12,813 nt of DNA from Fidelibacterota bacterium. Lineage in GTDB: Bacteria; Fidelibacterota; Fidelibacteria; Fidelibacterales; DSDE01. The notes beneath the pieces are model-generated. The model worked only from the letters and a program-made list of their open reading frames with translations. It had not been told where the DNA came from and ran no database searches. Each line of letters starts with the position of its first letter. Within the stretch, counting starts at the first letter, position 1. The position numbers and the translations under genes are program-made. The stretch is from assembly GCA_046735395.1 (NCBI GenBank), contig JBJKQR010000048.1, positions 1 through 12,813 on the forward strand, read 5' to 3'. This document shows positions 10,101 through 12,813 of the stretch, in pieces.

Positions 10101-10993
10101 GAATAATTGGCAGCTCTCAATGTCGATTCGACGGCTCGATTTACCGCGTAATATTGATGATAAGCGGCCAGTTTCTTAACGGTTGATATGCTTATGATAC
10201 CCGTATCCGCTTCCTCATGTTTCATCTTCTCAAACACAATGAAATGTCTGATGAGGTCCAGCAGCGTCTTCTTGTTTAGCATTCCCTTGATAAGTGTTTC
10301 AAGCTGACTCACCAAATTAGATGCTTCGATTTTACCATCCACAGACTTCCATGCCATATAACGGCTGAATCCTGATGATATCGTACCTGCTTTTGCTTCC
10401 AAACCATCTGAAATAACAACAAATCCGTTATAAGTAAAAAGGTTGGGGATAATGGCTTTATATGTTTCAATTTGCTTGAAAGCTGAATGGACCGTAGCAT
10501 TTTCATCGGCGGGATTTTTCAGTTCAATGACAACAAGAGGAATTCCATTAACAAATAGGATGACATCAGGGCGCTTGTTATTATTGTTTTCTATGACTGT
10601 AAACTGATTGGCAACCACAAAGTCATTGTTATCCGGATTATTAAAATCCATCAACCAGACCCGGTCGCCCCGGTCATCACCTGCTATCCGTTTTGAGACG
10701 GGAATGCCCTCAGTTAAATACTTATGGAACGTTTCATTATTTGCCAATAGTTCCGGAGATACGATTCGTTGAAGTTCCTTAATTGCTTCGGTTTGTGCGT
10801 CAACGGGGATGGATTTGTTGATGCGCTTTACGGCATTACTTAGACGTTCAATCAATAAAACTTGTTCGTATGATTCACGCTCGGGGTTACCACCATCGGG
10901 GGCGATGTCAGGGCCGTAAACATAGCGATATCCCTGGCCTTCCAATAATTGGACGGCGAGTTCTTCGATGGCATTTTCAGTCATTTTCGTCAT
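7184..10993 (-). CDS. hsdR: Type I restriction endonuclease subunit R with an in-frame DUF559/repeat insertion
   Basis: Nuclease motif RPDVILFVNGIPLVVIELK; YHQYYAV; Walker A WHTQGSGKS; TDRNDLDDQL; DEAH; GFTGTP; MWLTGFD; QAIARVNR; DUF3387-like C-terminus. AAGGA SD upstream of ATG 10993 (alternative ATG 10984). Confidence 0.96.
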   Translation of the reverse strand: MTKMTENAIEELAVQLLEGQGYRYVYGPDIAPDGGNPERESYEQVLLIERLSNAVKRINKSIPVDAQTEAIKELQRIVSPELLANNETFHKYLTEGIPVSKRIAGDDRGDRVWLMDFNNPDNNDFVVANQFTVIENNNNKRPDVILFVNGIPLVVIELKNPADENATVHSAFKQIETYKAIIPNLFTYNGFVVISDGLEAKAGTISSGFSRYMAWKSVDGKIEASNLVSQLETLIKGMLNKKTLLDLIRHFIVFEKMKHEEADTGIISISTVKKLAAYHQYYAVNRAVESTLRAANYSTPGEREEPPRLPSASTPPQEGNEPPRLPSTSTPPWEGKNHPALTGTPPWEGNSLSIHRSSAHYFSLPYNSKLKERAQKLRKAGNLPEVLFWNRVKNGQFRGLDFDRQKIIGNYIVDFYCSQGQLVIEIDGSSHDDKVDYDKKRDAYLESLGLTVLHFSVDDVMHRCDDLLDRLWEHPAVNFFHSAEEPPRLPSASTPPQEGTVSERPEEYGLRGVSRQPHGDRKGGVVWHTQGSGKSLSMVFYTGKIVLALDNPTIVVITDRNDLDDQLFDTFAASKQLLRQEPVQAENREHLKELLKVASGGVVFTTIHKFQPDEGNVYETLSDRQNIVVIADEAHRTQYGFKAKTIDDKNENGDVIGKKIVYGFAKYLRDALPNATYLGFTGTPIESTDVNTPAVFGNYVDIYDIAQAIEDGATVRIFYESRLAKVILSDEGKKLVHDLDDELDKDSMTDSQLAKAKWTQLEALVGSATRLSKIAEDIIRHFEQRQSVFAGKAMIVTMSRRIAAELYDEIIRIRPEWHSDELGKGSIKVVMTSASSDGPQIAKHYTSKEQRRFLADRMKSPDDELKLVIVRDMWLTGFDVPCMHTLYIDKPMKGHNLMQAIARVNRVYKDKPGGLVVDYLGIASDLKKALSFYSDSGGKGDPTVLQEQAVQLMMEKMEVVSDMYHGFAYANYFEADTSMKLSMILAAEEHILGLDDGKKRYVNEVTALSKAFAIAIPHEQAMDIKDEVAFFQAVKARLVKFDVSGTGHTDEEIEMTIRQVIDKALVAEQVIDVFSAAGIKKPDISILSDEFLMELKGMKHKNVALEVLKKLLNEEIKARAKRNLVKSKSLMEMLEDSIRRYHNKILTAAEVIDELIKLSKEIVDLDNEAMDMGLTEYEYAFYTAVADNQSARELMQQDKLRELAIVLTETIRNNASIDWQIKESVRARLKVAVKRLLRKYGYPPDMQKLATETVLKQAELLANELTMRR
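9496..9544. repeat. Palindromic repeat copy on the C-terminal side of DUF559, identical to 10036-10084
   Basis: TCCCCTCCTGTGGAGGGGTGGATGCCGACGGCAGACGGGGTGGTTCTTC; contains the CCCCTCC-N3-GGAGGGG hairpin and a TGCC-GAC-GGCA mini-hairpin. Confidence 0.95.
9572..9913 (-). other. DUF559 (Vsr-like, PD-(D/E)xK superfamily) endonuclease domain within HsdR, residues ~361-474
   Basis: YFSLPYNSKLKERAQKLRKAGNLPEVLFW...FDRQKIIGNYIVDFYC...LVIEIDGSSH...YDKKRDAYLESLGLTVLHF matches the DUF559 pattern (A..LR...E..LW; F.RQ..IG.YIVDF.C; L.IE.DG..H; D..RD..L...G..V). Confidence 0.9.
9945..10102. repeat. Tandem array of three palindromic repeats plus one truncated, degenerate copy (N-terminal side of DUF559)
   Basis: Units start at 9945, 9987 and 10035 (spacings 42 and 48 bp), each TTCCCCTCC-N3-GGAGGGGTG...CGGGGTGGTTC. 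Degenerate hairpin TTCCCTCTCCCCCGGAGTGGA at 10082-10102. Confidence 0.93.
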
Positions 10994-11126
10994 TTTTGTA
11001 TTCCTTACGCCATTGAATTTGAGTCATCCATCCAGTCCGCAAAAATAATTCTTGAAATATACACGAATTTAAGCCTACATTGTCATTGCTCATCTTTCCA
11101 TAATCGGAAGAAGGAGTTTCGAAGCT

Positions 11127-12398
11127 CTGCCCTTTAATATTATCCGTGCACTTCACACGAATCTCGCCATTATCTGGGTTGCCATTGGCTGGCTCGTGGG
11201 CGGGCTGCTGATTGCACCCTTTGTCAGCAAGGAGGATCTTAAATTTCCCTGGCTGGTCGATGTACTCTATGTCGCTCTTCTGATTGTCGGAGCCGGGGGC
11301 TTGCTTGGTATTTATCTGGGAGGGACGGGTCACCTTCGTGAATGGTGGTTCTGGTTCGGAAATGAAGGCAGGGAACTGCTGAATCTCGGCCGATTCTGGG
11401 ATACAGCCCTTGTGGGCGGCCTGGTTCTGTGGTTTTTCATGGTCTACAGTGTCATTCGGAAGGCAAAGGAGAGCAATGTGCTGGTATCGACCATCATGTG
11501 GTCTGCATTTGCCATTGCCACGCTGTATATCGCCGGAATGATGCCGTTCAATAAGATTGCACCGAATTATACAGTAGATGATTATTTCAGATGGTGGGTG
11601 ATCCACCTCTGGGTCGAAATGACATTTGAACTTTTTGCAGCCGGAGCGCTTGCATTTTTCACAGCGTCCCTGGGGCTGGTTTCAAGGAAGACTGCTGAAC
11701 GGGTGATGATGTTCGAACTCTTTCTCATCGCGCTGTCGGGCACGCTCGGTGTGGGGCATCATTATTTCTGGCAGGGATTGGATGAATACTGGATTGCCAT
11801 CGGCGCCATCTTTTCAGCCCTGGAACCCCTGCCTCTCGTAATATTAATGATTGATGCCTACAAGGAACGGAAGGAGATCAGACAGCTGGGACAGAGTTTT
11901 GACTTTTCCGTTCCCTTTCTATGGCTGGCGGGTTCGGCTATTCTGAACTGGTTCGGTGCCGGTTTCCTCGGGATGGTCATCAATACGCCGACGATAGATT
12001 ATTATGCTCACGGCACCTATCTCATCATGCCCCATGGCCATGTCGCATTACTGGGCGCTTTCGGATATATCTCCATTGCCTTCATTTACATGACCGCCCG
12101 TTCCAATTCCCTTGCCAGAGGGCTGGAGTGGGATGATAAATTAAGCAAAATCGCTTTCTGGGTTTTGACCATCGGTACGATCCTCTACAGCATCCCGACA
12201 CTGATCATCGGGTTTCACCAGACAGAAGTATCCCATAATCTCGGATACTATACGGCCAGGTCCCGGGAAACAGTGGAGGGTTTAAAGGGCTGGATGTGGG
12301 CACGTACTCTTCCGGATTTTATGATGATTACCGGAGCGGCCCTTGTTTTTATTGATACCCTGAAAAAAGTCTATTTCTCAAAGAAGCTCACACGATAA
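11127..12398 (+). pseudogene. norZ: 5'-truncated quinol-dependent nitric oxide reductase (qNor/NorZ-type, heme-copper oxidase superfamily)
   Basis: Homology extends upstream of the ORF-track GTG (11196) in the same frame: LPFNIIRALHTNLAIIWVAIGWL from 11127, with the heme-b His at 11154-11156. Downstream motifs: WFWFGNEGRELLNLGRFW, RWWVIHLWVEMTFE, GVGHHYFW, FSALEPLP, HGTYLIMPHGH, WARTLPD. In-frame TAA at 11070-11072 and no ATG/GTG/TTG before the His; the N-terminal part of a typical qNor is absent. Confidence 0.8.
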
Positions 12399-12429
12399 AT
12401 GAAAAAGCTCAAACCAATGACAAAAGGTC

Positions 12430-12465
12430 TGATCCGGCTGAGCATTCCCAATTTCAGCCGGATCA
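12430..12465. other. Strong intergenic hairpin (12-bp perfect stem); possible mRNA-stabilising structure or atypical terminator
   Basis: TGATCCGGCTGA-N12-TCAGCCGGATCA between the nor and yecH genes; no U-tract follows on the + strand. Confidence 0.6.
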
Positions 12466-12487
12466 TTCACTGAAAGGAAAACAGGAA

Positions 12488-12727
12488 ATGAGAATCCATG
12501 GACATGAAGTGATTCAAATGATGCAGACGTCGGGAAAATACTACAGCCGGGCTACCCTTGTGGCAGAAATTACCGCAAAATTCGGCCGGGATACCCGATT
12601 CTTTACCTGCAGTGCGGATAATCTTACTCCCGAACAATTGATAGATTTTTTAGCGGCAAAAGGAAAATTCTCTCAATCGGAAGAAGGATTCAAATTTCGT
12701 TCTGAAGAGTTTTGTGATCATGAATGA
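12488..12727 (+). CDS. yecH: YecH family putative metal-binding protein (DUF2492)
   Basis: IHGHEVIQMM...KFG...RFFTCSA...L..FLAAKGKF...C.H closely follows E. coli YecH; 79 aa; AAAGGA upstream. Confidence 0.92.
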   Translation: MRIHGHEVIQMMQTSGKYYSRATLVAEITAKFGRDTRFFTCSADNLTPEQLIDFLAAKGKFSQSEEGFKFRSEEFCDHE

Positions 12728-12783
12728 CATATGATAATTTATCTTTGTGACAGGCATATGAACAAGGTAGAGGTGAGTTTTTT

Positions 12784-12813
12784 ATGGTGTGCATCATTTT
12801 AAGCAGTCTGTCC
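12784..12813 (+). CDS. Possible start of a downstream CDS (partial)
   Basis: GAGGTGA SD-like motif at 12770-12776, then ATG 12784 open to the window end (MVCIILSSLS); too short to identify. Confidence 0.35.
   Translation, partial: MVCIILSSLS

Larger units (their letters stand above)
9496..10102 (-). mobile_element. Putative DUF559-endonuclease/palindromic-repeat cassette inserted in frame in hsdR
   Basis: Non-HsdR segment of ~200 codons between ...VESTLRAANYS and TVSERPEEYG...GDRKGGVVWHTQGSGKS. It is bounded by GC-rich repeats and contains a nuclease domain. Mobility is inferred. Confidence 0.65.

Noticed and set aside
9496..10102. Intein in HsdR (nuclease inserted next to Walker A)
   Set aside because: No recognisable intein N-terminal splicing block, no His-Asn followed by Cys/Ser/Thr at the C-terminal boundary, and the non-nuclease part is short Pro-rich repeat rather than a Hint domain.
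9945..10102. CRISPR array
   Set aside because: Repeats are directly adjacent with no unique spacers, lie in frame in a CDS, and no cas genes are in the window.
9170..10186. Plus-strand ORFs 9170-9595, 9889-10179, 9980-10186 with repeated peptides
   Set aside because: They are open partly because the GC-rich repeats lack stops, and they are antisense to hsdR/DUF559.
10977..11606. 209-aa minus-strand ORF as HsdS or another R-M accessory gene
   Set aside because: Mostly antisense to the conserved qNor frame and has no HsdS-like motifs. Only the last ~45 codons could be the remnant of a truncated upstream gene, which I cannot identify.
11127..12398. NO dismutase (Nod) or cytochrome c oxidase subunit I
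   Set aside because: HLWVE, GHH and the conserved glutamates are canonical for NO reductase; there is no HPEVY cross-link motif. The RxxPD tail and LGR.W motif favour qNor over cNor NorB.

Overview
Bacterial chromosomal window, taxon not assignable from sequence alone. Left to right: a partial GNAT-fold gene (YghO/bacterial ceramide-synthase-like, missing from the ORF track) overlapping an MFS GPH-family transporter; a ~750-bp intergenic region packed with short repeats; a CE4 polysaccharide-deacetylase lipoprotein; an exported hypothetical protein; a Cache-HAMP methyl-accepting chemotaxis protein; a type I restriction HsdR gene; a 5'-truncated quinol-dependent NO reductase (qNor); and yecH. 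The most striking feature is inside hsdR: a ~600-bp in-frame cassette with an intact-looking DUF559 (Vsr-like) endonuclease domain flanked by GC-rich palindromic repeats, translated as 'EEPPRLPSASTPPQEG'. The two outer full copies are identical 49-bp direct repeats exactly 540 bp (180 codons) apart. It looks like a nuclease-plus-palindrome selfish element that persists as a protein fusion without intein splicing. There is also a probable rearrangement or assembly breakpoint at ~11070-11126, where hsdR (no hsdM/hsdS) abuts the headless qNor gene.
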